Source: a virus (lineage: Duplodnaviria > Caudoviricetes). Taken from it: DNA of 55,092 nucleotides. Positions 9,001-17,400 of the stretch are shown here, piece after piece (within the stretch, counting starts at the first letter, position 1; each line of letters begins with the position of its first letter). Position numbers and translations under genes: made by a program. Where the stretch lies: the IMG/VR virus record IMGVR_UViG_3300044624_000829, positions 1 to 55,092 of that record; one strand, 5' to 3'. Below the pieces are notes generated by a model. That model ran no database searches, was not told where the DNA came from, and saw only the letters and a program-made list of their open reading frames with translations.

Positions 9001-11405
9001 TGAGTTTTAACTTTATTAGATACAAACCCTAATGTAACAACTTCACTATAAGATCTATTACCAAACATTCTTTGAAATAAATCTTTAAGAATTTCAAAGA
9101 ATCTTGCGATTGGAGATTTTAATTCTTTATTATATTTACTTCTATTACGAGCATATTTTCTAAATTCTTCTGCTAAAAATTCTTCTAGTTCTAATTCTGT
9201 TGCTGTATCAAAAGATCTGGTTTTCTTTTTACCTTGTACAGTTACAGTAAAAGTCTTTCCTTTATTTTCAGTACGTAATGAATTATATATTTCATTTCGT
9301 TGTGTTTCAGTTAATAGTCCTTCAAAATAAGCGTGAAATACTTCGTGATATAAATCTGTATTATTAGATCCTTTCCATAAACTAATTGTATTCCCAATAA
9401 AAGATGCTACAAACTTTGGACCTTTAGCATGAAAATCATCACTCATTGCTAATTTTAATACTTTCAACCATCCTGAATTCTTTAACCAAGTCATAGCTAA
9501 AGTATCTTCATTCCAAAACAAATTGCTTTCTAAATCATTTATACGTGACTTATCAGCTATAGATTGAAACATTATATCTTCAGAAGGTGCTGTATCTTCT
9601 GTATTAGGCATAGTTGGATTAAATGCCAAATAAGGAAACGCAGGTCTTATATTTTTACTTGCATCAACAACAATAGTAGTATCTGTACTTTCAATAATAT
9701 GTTGTTTTAACGGTTTTGTTTTTACAGTTAATACGTTACTTTGAATAGAATCTATTCTATATATTTCTCCAGTTTCAATACTAAGTGTGCTGGGTAGTAA
9801 TCCAAAACTAACTGTAGGTTTCATAAGAATCATAGGTCGTCCATTAACTCTTACATATTGACCTTGCTTTATATTTTTTAATTTTCTTAATATTTCTTGT
9901 TCTGTTTTGCCTTCTACAACTGTATAATTTGTAGGAGCTGTATAGTTATTTGAAACAGGAACAAAATGCCATTTACTAATATGTTCTTTAAAAGCAGTTC
10001 TAAAGTTTTCAATATTTGCTCTTAGTTTCTCTTTATCTTTAACTGCAGTAGTACTTATGGTATAATTTTGACCAGCCAGCACAATTCCCGTTACTTGATT
10101 AAACGTGTTAAATTTAATTTCAAATCCTACACCACTTGTTCCTCCATGCGATAATATAGGCATGTATGATCTTATAAATTTTTCTCTAACATCTTTTGAA
10201 ATAGAAACACCTTGATATCTTAAACTATTATTAGTCAATAAATCAACAAATAAATCTATTTCATCTTCAGTTAAAACTTCAGCAAAAGCTCTTTCTCGTA
10301 ATGGTTCTATAACATCATAGTTAGGAATTCTTATAGCCGCACCTTTAAATGTACCAGTAGCATTTATTTCAAAACGTAATTGATTTAGATTAGCTACCTC
10401 TACTAGCGGTGTAGCTAGTAAAGTGTGATGTTCAATAGTACCTTGACTACTACGCGATAAATCTATTGTAAAAAATACTTCATTTTCTGCTTGTACTTGT
10501 TTAATACCATCTTTTATAAATTGTAAGTAAACATCAACTTCTTCATTAATTTCTGCAAGCGCTTGTTGTTTAGTTTTATTTTTTGAATTTTCTACGTATG
10601 CTTTTATTTGAAATTCAAATGCTTTCTTATTAGTCTTTATAGGAAAAATAGGAAATACGCCGTTATCATCTAAAACACCTTGCTCATTAAACGTAACTAA
10701 ATTTCCACTAGAATTAACGAGCACCATTACATATGGACCAGCATTAATTTGTTCTTCTGCAGTTAAAGTTTCACGATATGCCGGATTATTAATTACATCC
10801 TTTTTATTTACAAGTTTAAATTGTAAATTTTCAGAATTTGAAGAATTATAAATTCTTAATTGTATTTTAGATACAATTTCTTTTTTAGGATCTAACTTAT
10901 TTAATTTATAAGATCCGTCTTCATCTTTTGTTGCTTCTTGATTTATTACTGTGTATAAAGGAATTTTAACACCTTCAAATCTTCCAATTATTATTTCTTG
11001 TAACGGAACATAAATTTCTTTTGATCCTACTGCGGATCCAATATTTTGTACAACACTTTTAAAATCTTCTGTATTATCTGACTGAACAGCTTTAATAATT
11101 AATGCACTATTTTCATCTAACTCTTTTTTAATAGATGAAAAATTATTTGCAAGTAGCGGATTAGTAGCAATATATGTACTAATAAGTTGTGGAGCAACAG
11201 TTAAATGTTGCAAAACTAATTCTTCTAAAGATATATCTTCAGCAGCCAATGAAACCTGTTCAGCATTAAAATCAGAAAGAGCTTCATTATAAAGCTCTGT
11301 TAATATCTGATCGTAGGTTTTATTTTCTTTTACTATATCTGGCAGTTTTCTATTAAAATAAGTTGATAATAATTTTAATGAACTAGGCGAAATACAAACT
11401 TTCAT
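1..11405 (-). CDS. Giant multidomain virion RNA polymerase (>3800 aa, runs off the left edge): zincin + two-barrel RNAP + AlkB-like domain + further domain
   Basis: ATG at 11405, 1 nt after the TAA of the 2719 aa gene (MKVCISPSSLKLLSTYFNRKLP...). Segments translated by hand at 11405-10870, about 9300, 5800, 4300, 3100 and 1320-3 are all open in one frame. The ORF track lists no terminated ORF in this frame, consistent with no stop before the edge. Motifs: HEVFH, EADGAAYISFDTYR, KYSVIPLIP, RIPT...GSDFDIDKL, FVDVAANPW. Confidence 0.93.
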   Translation of the reverse strand, partial: MKVCISPSSLKLLSTYFNRKLPDIVKENKTYDQILTELYNEALSDFNAEQVSLAAEDISLEELVLQHLTVAPQLISTYIATNPLLANNFSSIKKELDENSALIIKAVQSDNTEDFKSVVQNIGSAVGSKEIYVPLQEIIIGRFEGVKIPLYTVINQEATKDEDGSYKLNKLDPKKEIVSKIQLRIYNSSNSENLQFKLVNKKDVINNPAYRETLTAEEQINAGPYVMVLVNSSGNLVTFNEQGVLDDNGVFPIFPIKTNKKAFEFQIKAYVENSKNKTKQQALAEINEEVDVYLQFIKDGIKQVQAENEVFFTIDLSRSSQGTIEHHTLLATPLVEVANLNQLRFEINATGTFKGAAIRIPNYDVIEPLRERAFAEVLTEDEIDLFVDLLTNNSLRYQGVSISKDVREKFIRSYMPILSHGGTSGVGFEIKFNTFNQVTGIVLAGQNYTISTTAVKDKEKLRANIENFRTAFKEHISKWHFVPVSNNYTAPTNYTVVEGKTEQEILRKLKNIKQGQYVRVNGRPMILMKPTVSFGLLPSTLSIETGEIYRIDSIQSNVLTVKTKPLKQHIIESTDTTIVVDASKNIRPAFPYLAFNPTMPNTEDTAPSEDIMFQSIADKSRINDLESNLFWNEDTLAMTWLKNSGWLKVLKLAMSDDFHAKGPKFVASFIGNTISLWKGSNNTDLYHEVFHAYFEGLLTETQRNEIYNSLRTENKGKTFTVTVQGKKKTRSFDTATELELEEFLAEEFRKYARNRSKYNKELKSPIARFFEILKDLFQRMFGNRSYSEVVTLGFVSNKVKTHFQQLYDGQIDISQFVAPQSNFEKFQSFEFDQDINMTNAEMHKAMSTMQTLYVNYIDNVVNPIFASDEIFDQATTAWIDIARIDPLNKTAIEPFEERFKKATVSFRTKYKQSAENFSGRNSIALQRNPRMLLNAIQYIQIRMDQLRKVKLKGAGITEGKIDAYIEAMQLVKQSLTDESLNQDLVQKAKATISNIESSVNRTDLQDVVMLSKALEYFGDYNVITEGFDALDGDNTSIMGIFLNNFTPLNLKGVEYVQDEKDINPEDWNFDKTGTEKKIADDVDGFTKFILSTLYDYQKAGRSTVANMSSLGIPKLLPFATALVKVVNATANKGTTEEEMYHALVKASAKDNVLKQLVERLGDPTNPNITPFEIDQWGNFWRSLNKADIKLLAYQLEKEDNAEKEESRLIAKVGKTHNNTNSQIKDWDFDFQKNVIDGVLDVYGEDIINGKLETGLLPTAIKNKWGAIAYYIKGDETNYFTSIERRNQLEKEGIKVKEQVMWKMDPVGFYRDLGIDFSYSEELQRILLEGSAEYDIEPKMTEYIYNSIVNREGAIKESQRIITNLKFVFGSFDYLQNENSKSSSKQVSLTGYLTKLANLALSLDEVAMSFMEYTAYGERMSTKSLHSSLSIELSLLNRTEIYDRTLGEYRPVVYSDLINTPGMQHYNYENNPEVSANLTIVKMYNLDKDKTDSDYGKRNLDIKITLQHLTGAKVVHNGVEKGVKSRKSDERTKFNTDFGQTLANYQEIMRTSDKSSSMVTNHPIKKDNETEIRKGLWINNLETFQMYQDNYNGTLLFDVFKGHIESELLRMTRLNKVQERIDNGETVLFDPKFLARGKTWFKFSSLLSKSVKDRLQELQLEESFTIVDAINEFDPTLIQDIEKDLKDYFGWRATQLHTEKDKILTVADNISEEYTLGEESEFTTRMRLFQIFIINNYIQNLNYGTFLGDPANYGVSEEAFHKRIAGKISTGRMMRHSESWYNYINSSKYERDGFSKNHFDSLSQERRQELGLTDTYQERIYNGHLQTAIILEAKSDSVYRKHYAEVLGIPQEKYSEMKEADGAAYISFDTYRLLSKSHQEWSDEQEDVYQAMLRGENINQLKIKATFPVRKYQEYGPLLNADISEQVRLQLISFHKYSVIPLIPTLIEGAPLEQVHQMMMEQGIDYVTFQTGSKLSNVVRINQDGPQYDNPYVINKEKTTIDGKEVDIDVRSLNRDIKFTKNTIHVRHLKSVSQQSEGYHGTVTLPSQMRKINLTGLFDKNDVPRDYKGRKKWKNLSYNEKLAASENFKWIQEYISTMDNLVAIARDEIVEDLGLRRVVNPTTGEIEYSGTTEKFAQYIKEQLSNKQLTAEEVAFIYDKSTNQLIPDLSLSLNSSKIEEVLIKLADDELRRLEVNGEPLVQVPGTMLEGVVEKPRLASTEEVFQYGNNGLSTYYGLKEDGTVATSENDLKYVKSMEIKISLQGDFKKLLYTQFKGQKIIQYESVFDEKTKEFKYQVDFDASLKRLNEALLDEEWLDLYEEFITLPATRIPTSQFSMLESARVKEFLPPIAGPIVILPSEIVAKSGSDFDIDKLFSLYPNIVNINGNIELAEYIPGIKETRTELSDAVELARQEVEKVQDLINKEYSGKEWLFKNKESVSAQVKEILSEVYDNMNSLRSERKTLREEAEKVFKGEGKYKNWNQSKKNKFHHGPNGTTARIKELNDEINKLHDQIKLEGGEIISEEYAAYDDEIERLKSEDLAKANEKLDLALRRLYGKSRKAIENKIVSLLNQRITNPSMFKSLAEPNSTDMFDGIAADLGRKLTKAYNKFDNRTVEDIRNNVPVAPINENSTIANSTIFDYRYNLLKHQENFKGMDALGIAAVTSTYYALLTQFGGTLNGLSDSQQEIYNDALLIVTRSLNGEAINENKLAKAKETLASFPKALTIKFPHNKDGNKIALGYLENIDGKTIQDVIGQLINGFVDVAANPWIFNVQGNMQNVPQMLLMVMAGMKVDDVVNFASLPMVIEYNTLKEEMKGVFSGITKEYKKAPFASNNTKTVARAQILARYQEMLMKDQLEIMPDDEYNAFMANSLNPLDLMADKYLSDRVTQDITEDNVADHYKLLAHYFQVEDMAEDFTAFTMATKFDTQKPQSLTEYQARLDELVKLRANTKSAIPFMWYEKLLEKDENGVFGSILGIFNNDQFIIDLFASRFAIRNNPMTMKKSLFVDRPKNVDKELAYIGFKDDFGFFLYQNAFFKSQNYDGYEFVANENIQVPINVEGNTIYYSPALIEGSILDFNIKYETEFFPTKGHYLRYRVELEKIEAEFSQLTDKEIRAKYYYMGSTTNTISFIKDKLALWRSRNNVAFFDMRMGVVTMIESMKKKHPDLKERFQFIADLRREYTVATQKANFYIDDLEDPLLVNTYKENLADLKNSEYPEVAELFELFDHLAILQAGASSSGITNLSRIIDQSKFYSTIEEEIGVSEIVKQLEEGVSQMRQGIPMKDIKVPLLDQFVEVYQRESVPKWYQRKKGLNLMIDEFEFESEGKALNNLSTVLVKAYTKFDGVNIPYPKLTLDNLLIDTAMSTQPSTQPTKAPVSNINKPKGEEVVPGIYVNQAALTKEEQLELFDYLKPYLEEQAAKTNKGAQASKMIGLGLRWDYKSNNVGRTAVNIPDVINPSNKNKYGYYDVSINDQPLGQISPRFRELMQKATGVDMTNYDGAIINLYEKDTFISSHNDVDESRSASKYPVIGINLGGKGNFSIERIPGEGQLNLEAGTGYIFGVDGVNREVWHRTFPTPQNTFLPELTTKIDGKTYPAGSHRITITMRRVMPLEPGMPTAPAIVSTQQSTTTSSQAEQIKKGAELDLSSPGLDINWEFLDAVKGKPVAVINKTKFHVQDEYLQEALDEILMDYFGIDNTGDVIEIRPKSIGQTKDNISIAFSEEKRAKHSFVDEQMANSSTIAIGKETDMIAKPSVATFYATEIQRLYPEKLASKTTKFKETDKVWIFGSALFESSYAGKMG
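579..1245 (-). other. AlkB-family 2OG-Fe(II) dioxygenase domain within the virion RNAP ORF
   Basis: ...MIGLGLRWDY...KYGYYD...YDGAIINLYEKDTFISSHNDVDE...PVIGINLGG...LNLEAGTGYIFG...REVWHRTFP...HRITITMRRV. HxD at 855-863, distal His at 690-692, R-x5-R at 605-585. Collinear with E. coli AlkB motifs as recalled (DACLINRY, HQDKDE, PIVSVSLG, RLFYHG, RYNLTFR). Confidence 0.88.
4290..4440 (-). other. RNAP catalytic double-psi beta-barrel region, Mg-binding loop DFDID (4296-4310, about residue 2366)
   Basis: TRIPTSQFSMLESARVKEFLPPIAGPIVILPSEIVAKSGSDFDIDKLF; DFDID is the DxDxD variant of crAss-like virion RNAPs such as phi14:2 gp66. Confidence 0.93.
9140..9420 (-). other. Zincin-like metallopeptidase domain within the virion RNAP ORF
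   Basis: TDLYHEVFHAYF (HExxH at 9333-9347, about residue 687), followed about 50 aa later by ELEEFLAEEFRKY (third-ligand helix). Confidence 0.82.
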
Positions 11406-11406
11406 A

Positions 11407-14400
11407 TTACTTACAAGTTTTAAATTGTTCTGCTATTTGAGATCTTAAATCTTCTTCGTTAAGATCTTTATCAACATCAGACATGATATTATTAAAGTTA
11501 CTAAAAAAATCGGTAAAACTAGCCTTAATTATCTCAACATCATTATTATTTAAAGATAAATCTATAGGGTTAGTGTTTAGTGTACTACCTGGTTCATATA
11601 TATCAGCAATGCTAGGAAATAGTTCTGTGATACCTTCTACTTGAAATATCTCATTTGTTAACTGATTCCTTAATCCAAAAAGTACACGTTGATCTGTATT
11701 AGTATTTATAGGCGTTATTTCGTATACACCTGCCGGAACAACATCCGTTGAAGATTGAAATTCATTAATTTTTATAGTACGAGAAGGACTAAATATCTGA
11801 TTGCTAAATGATGCTAAACGATATTTAATAGATCTAATAACTGCATTTTTTTGATTATCGCTATATGCTGTAGATGTATTGTACAATGACAAGTAAATAT
11901 AAACCAAATCTTCAAACTTAGAATTAGCTGTAATTAAGTTGAACATTGTTCCTACTTTTTGTGCTGGATTCATACCAGAGATAGTATTTACATCATACTC
12001 TCTAACTTTTTTTACAATAGGATCAATTGCTGTTTTAGGAACAAAATCTTCTTCTTCTACATCTTCTTCAACGTCTGGTTTTTTTGTTGTATCCTTATAT
12101 ATTTCATCATAAGCTCTACGTTCTACATCATTAGCAAGGTCTTCTCTTGTACCTTGATATGTTCCGTTGAGTATTTGCCCTAACGTAGTTGCTTCAAAAT
12201 CTAAATAAATTTGATTTACGTTTGAGCCTTCTGATTCCCAATAAGCATTTAAAATTTGATTATATTCATATGCTTCTTGTTCTTCAGCTTCTTTAAATTC
12301 TCTATTACGTTTTTCTTCTTCTGTTTCTTCTGTTTCAATTTCAGGTTGACCATAAGTATTTATTAATTCATCTATCATTTTAGATATACCGCCAAATCTT
12401 AAAATTACATCTACAACTTCTTTTTTAGCATCCTCGGTATCAAAATTCATAGCTTCAGTACGATTCTCCCATATAATATGTGCAAGTCCATCAAGTGTTA
12501 CTCCTGTTGTATTATTAAGAATACTCATTCTTGCGGCACTTTCAGCTTTAATACTTTTAGGACCTTTTAAGCTTTTTGTATTACCTAATAATTTTTGTAT
12601 AACTGAAGAATTTATTTTACCTCCTTTAATAAACCATTTTAAAACTAATGCTCGCACATCATTACCAGTATCAACAAGTAACGCTTGTTCTTTTCTAGAA
12701 AGCTTTGTTGATTTTGTATCAAGCTTATCTTGTTGTTGCTGCATAGTATCAATCTGCGCTTGAGTTTTAGTTGTAATTCCATAGTTACCAACTTTTCTTT
12801 TACTTTCACTCCAGGCAATAGTTAAATTAGATCTAACAGCATTTAATTTTTTGTTTAAAGCGTTTACTAATTCAGATGTTATTGCTCGATTATTTGCCGC
12901 ATTATTTAATTGTGTACGAACATAATCTTCAACTTGCGTAACAGATTTATTTTTAACATTAAACTTACTTACTGTTTCAGCCAACCTGGAACCATTAGAT
13001 AAATATTTTAAAACAGCATCAACAAAATCTAAATGCTCTAGTCCAAACAAACTTATTTGAAAATTACGCAAATACGCAAGGTCTCGTTTATTAATACTCC
13101 ACGTTGAAAATCTCGAAGCATAGCCTTTATTAGTTCCTTCGTAGTTATGTTTAGATGTATCTAAATAATTCCAATTATACTTAACATTACTTGTTACTTC
13201 ATCAAATTCATCAGCAGGCACCCCAGAAGATTGTTTTAATTGATCTTCAGTTTTTAAAGTTCCTAACGTTGAAAAATCAATAGGTGTTGTAAATGATGAA
13301 GTTGTGGTACTTTTACTTTTGTTAACAGGACTTAATACAGGTAAATCTATTTGAACAACTGAACCCGTTTGAGCAACCGGGCCCGTAGGTTTTTTCCAAT
13401 ATATATTATTCTCATTTAATCCAAACTTTTGTAAATAAGGTAACAATGCAGCTTTTACCTTTTCAAATTCTTCTTGAGTTTTAACTTTTATATTTGGAGT
13501 TTTAACGTTTGTATTTTGAAACGCATCCTGATTTAGATCTATCCCTAGTTCATTTACTATTGCGTCACCATTTATAGAAACTCTATCTGTTATTAGATTA
13601 CCATTTTCATCATATTCTAATTGATATGTGTTTCTATCTATTTGATTACCCCATATTCTAAGTCCATCAGTAGATATACTAGTTTTTTCTGTGTACTTAT
13701 GATCAGAGGGTAGTCTTTCCTGAACAGAAGACATCATTGTCTTAAAGTTCTCTTTCTTTTTATTATCTACTTCTGCGTTTCCAGTTTCTTTGTTTTCAAA
13801 TTTAGAACTCCACTTATTTGTTGGTTTTCCATTTTCGTATATTCTATAATATCCTACAAAATTCTCTTCTGAAAACCCGCTTATTACAGTATCTATTAAT
13901 CCAGTTTTTTCATTTGCATATGTAGCTACAGCTATTCCATTTATCACATCAACAGTAACAGGAATTGCATTTTCTGCAGATCCTGTTGGTAACGTTGCTC
14001 CTATAAATAAATCATCAACGCCTTCTTCTTTTAGTTTAGTTTCTGTTTCTTGATTCATCCGAGTTATTTCAGATGTATCAATGCTACTAGGATTTTTTAC
14101 TTCTGCAACTGGTATATCAAACGTAAGACCATCTGTAAATCCTTCAGTAATATCAAACAATGTTTGATCAAATGCTTCTGCTAATTTTTTAAATTCCTCA
14201 ATAGATGTAGCATTTGCAAGTTCAGTAGCAAACTCGTTTAATTGTTCCGTAGTAAAGACAGTTGTTAAGTCAATATCAGGATACACTGATTGTATATCTT
14301 CTACTGATTGTATAGGAGAGGTATACTCAATTTTAGGTTCTTTACGATTAGGATCAAATGGAACAATAGAAGCTTTTGTTGTAAAGTCAACAATATAGTT

Positions 14401-17400
14401 TACTTTATCTTCTGCTTTTGATACAATCCCTGTATCCGTTTCAGTAAAGGTATATATCATACCTGAACGACCAACTAAAATATTGTATCGTTTATTTGCA
14501 TCACTTCGCGTAGCATAAATTTGATAGTTGCCTTGCGGTGTAATCTTAACTTTATCAATAGTAATTGTTACTTTAGCTTCTGTACCCCTATCACCTATTA
14601 TAGCTTCAAATTCTACACCTACAATATTATTAATATTGTTAGCCCATCCATTTTCAGAATACGTATCATTAATAAGTTGTTCTAATACAGTACGAGAATT
14701 TTCCGTTATTGTTACTTCTTCTCCTAAATGATTTATAAAAGTTGTAGTATAACGTAAGTTACGATCAATAAAAACCTCTTGAATGTTATCTAAAGCCCTT
14801 TGATTTGCATCATTTAATTCTTTGATAGCTTCAGCACTAAGCATTAAAGGTTTTGCTTCATCATTTTCTTCCTCATCTTCTTCCTCTGTAGTTTCTGTTA
14901 CAGCAGGTGCAGGTTGCTTATTTGCATTCCTATTATATTCTCCAATAATATTAATAAAAGACGTAGTAGGCATTAAGTCTTGTATCTCTTGTATCTGCTC
15001 GTCAGTTAAATAATCCAAAGCTTTTTCATCTCCTTGTAAAGCCAATAGATTAAACCCTCTAAAAACTGCTTCCTTAAATGCTACAGCATCGTCTTCTGAT
15101 ACCTTTTTTAAAAAACCTTGTACATTATCAGGTATATCTTTCTCATCCCTAGCTTGTAATTCTTGTAACTTCTCAATAGAAATAAGGGGAGCTTTACCTT
15201 TATTATTATTAAGATAAAACGCAGCTAACTTTAATTGAAGGTCTAACGGTAAATTTATAAATTCTGAACGGCTAGTGACAACTTGATTACTATCATCGTC
15301 CTCTTCATTTAACACAGGAGTTTTCAAATCAGGCTTTGCTCCAGTTGGAGTTTCTGTAACTGACTTTTCTTTTTGCTCAATACTCTTTAATTCTTTTATT
15401 AAAGTATCTACTTCTTTTTGTATAGCCAGCTTTTGTTTCTCTAGTTGTCCTATACGTCTAAACTTTAATCTACTTGTTCTATTAATCTCTGAGTTAATAC
15501 CATTTACATCTTGCTGTAATTTTTTAATTTTTAAATTAATTACTTTCTTTCTATCAGCTAATTCATTTAAATTAACAGGTACAGGTGCCGGCTCTTCAGT
15601 TACTTGTTCTTCTTCTACTTCTTCTTCCGGAGGTACGTTTGCTACGGGTGCAGTTTCTTCACCTTCCATTTCTTCAGGAGTAGGCTCTTCATCTTCTTCT
15701 ACCTCATCAGTTTCATCAGTTTCTTGTATAGGACCGCTTTCAGCAGTGTCTTCTATTATAGCTTCATCAATACTTAGTTGAGTTATACCCAGTATAGAAT
15801 CTAATAAAGATCCTTTAATACCATTTGCCCCTAATTCATCACGTAATTCATTATTTAAATTTCTCCATAATGATTCTTGGTTGACATCTGTTGAATTAAC
15901 AGTAGATGCTAAAAAATTTTGAAAGTTTATATTAGCATAAGCTTCTGTTAAAAATACCAAAGGATTATTAAAAATGTCAGAAGTTTCAGCTTGCGCTATT
16001 TCCATGCGTTTCTGCTGATCATCCTTATTGCTATTGTTAATGTTGTTAATGTGAGAAGTCTTTGCTAAATCCATTAACGTGGTAATGTTATTTTTTAACT
16101 CTTCATCAACTTGAAAACGTTTAACAAATACATTTTGTACAATTCCAGAAATAGCAATATACTCAAATGGCGTAGCTCTAAGTGCACGCACACCTTGATC
16201 ATATTGAGATTCTGTAATTTTATTTGAATTAACAGCTTTATCTAATTCAGCAATACTAGAATACTTTACTCCATTTATTTCATAATTAGCTCTAGCAAAA
16301 TCAAATGCCCCAAACCTTACATCTAATACCAGATCGCCATTTTCATTAAACGATACAGGACTTTCTGCTTCATCTGTAAGAATTACATTTCCGCTTAGTA
16401 TTTGATTTGTTATATGATACTCTTGTAACTTTTCTAATATGCGAATTTCAGATTTAGATAAATATCTATTTCCATAAGCCATCATATTATTTACAAAGTC
16501 TATAATAGGAACAGGAACGCCTTTATTTTTAGCTCCTACATATTGTTTAATTATTGTAGCTGCTCTACGTTTATCTGTTTTAGATTTATCTCTTGTTGCT
16601 CTTACACCAGTTTTAGCCCCTATAAGTTTTTTACCTTTAAGCTTTTTGTAATACTTTTCAATTATTTTAACTGCTTGTTTATACTTTTCGGCACTAATCT
16701 CTTCTTTACTATTAACATCAAATAATGTAGAAGGCATTACACCTTTATCGTACAAATCATCTAGTTCATCTAATTCAAAGATGATTCCATTTTCTAATAA
16801 CTCATTAAGCATATCATCTGATACTTCACGAGTTTGCCATGCTTCAATAGCTTTTTCTATATAAGCTTTTTTGTTTTTACCAAATTCAACAAGCATTTCT
16901 CTATTGGCACGTAACCATTGTGAACTATATTCCGGATTACTTAAAAGATCTGCATAGTATTCTAACTCTTTTGATTCTTCATCTAATCTGTAAAAATCAA
17001 ATAAAGAAGCAAAACGTCTTTTATATCTTTGATACAAATTTTTATCACTTGCTAACGCACTTGCATCTGGCATACTATTTAATTCAGTATTTACAGCAAG
17101 CATATATCTAGCAAATGCATCTTCCATGGCATCACGTTCTTTTTGAACAGAAGTAGCGTTAGATCTATCAAATTTAGGATCATTAAATTTTGTTAAAGAT
17201 TCTTGTAATGATTTTAAAGCGTCTAGCTTAATTACAAGTTGTTGATGTTCTCTAGTATTATCTAATTTATACTCTTTGTTGCTTTCAACTTGAGTAGTTA
17301 ACATATCTATTTGTTGCGCTAAATCTGATTCATTAGTAAGAGCTACAACATCTAAATCCGTAAGTTTAGTATTCTTTTTTAAATCAGATTTGATATTTTC

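Noticed and set aside
11400-11415. Frameshift or readthrough fusing the 2719 aa protein to the RNAP ORF
   Set aside because: The junction TAA-T-ATG is simply explained by translational coupling; no slippery heptamer or downstream structure was noticed.
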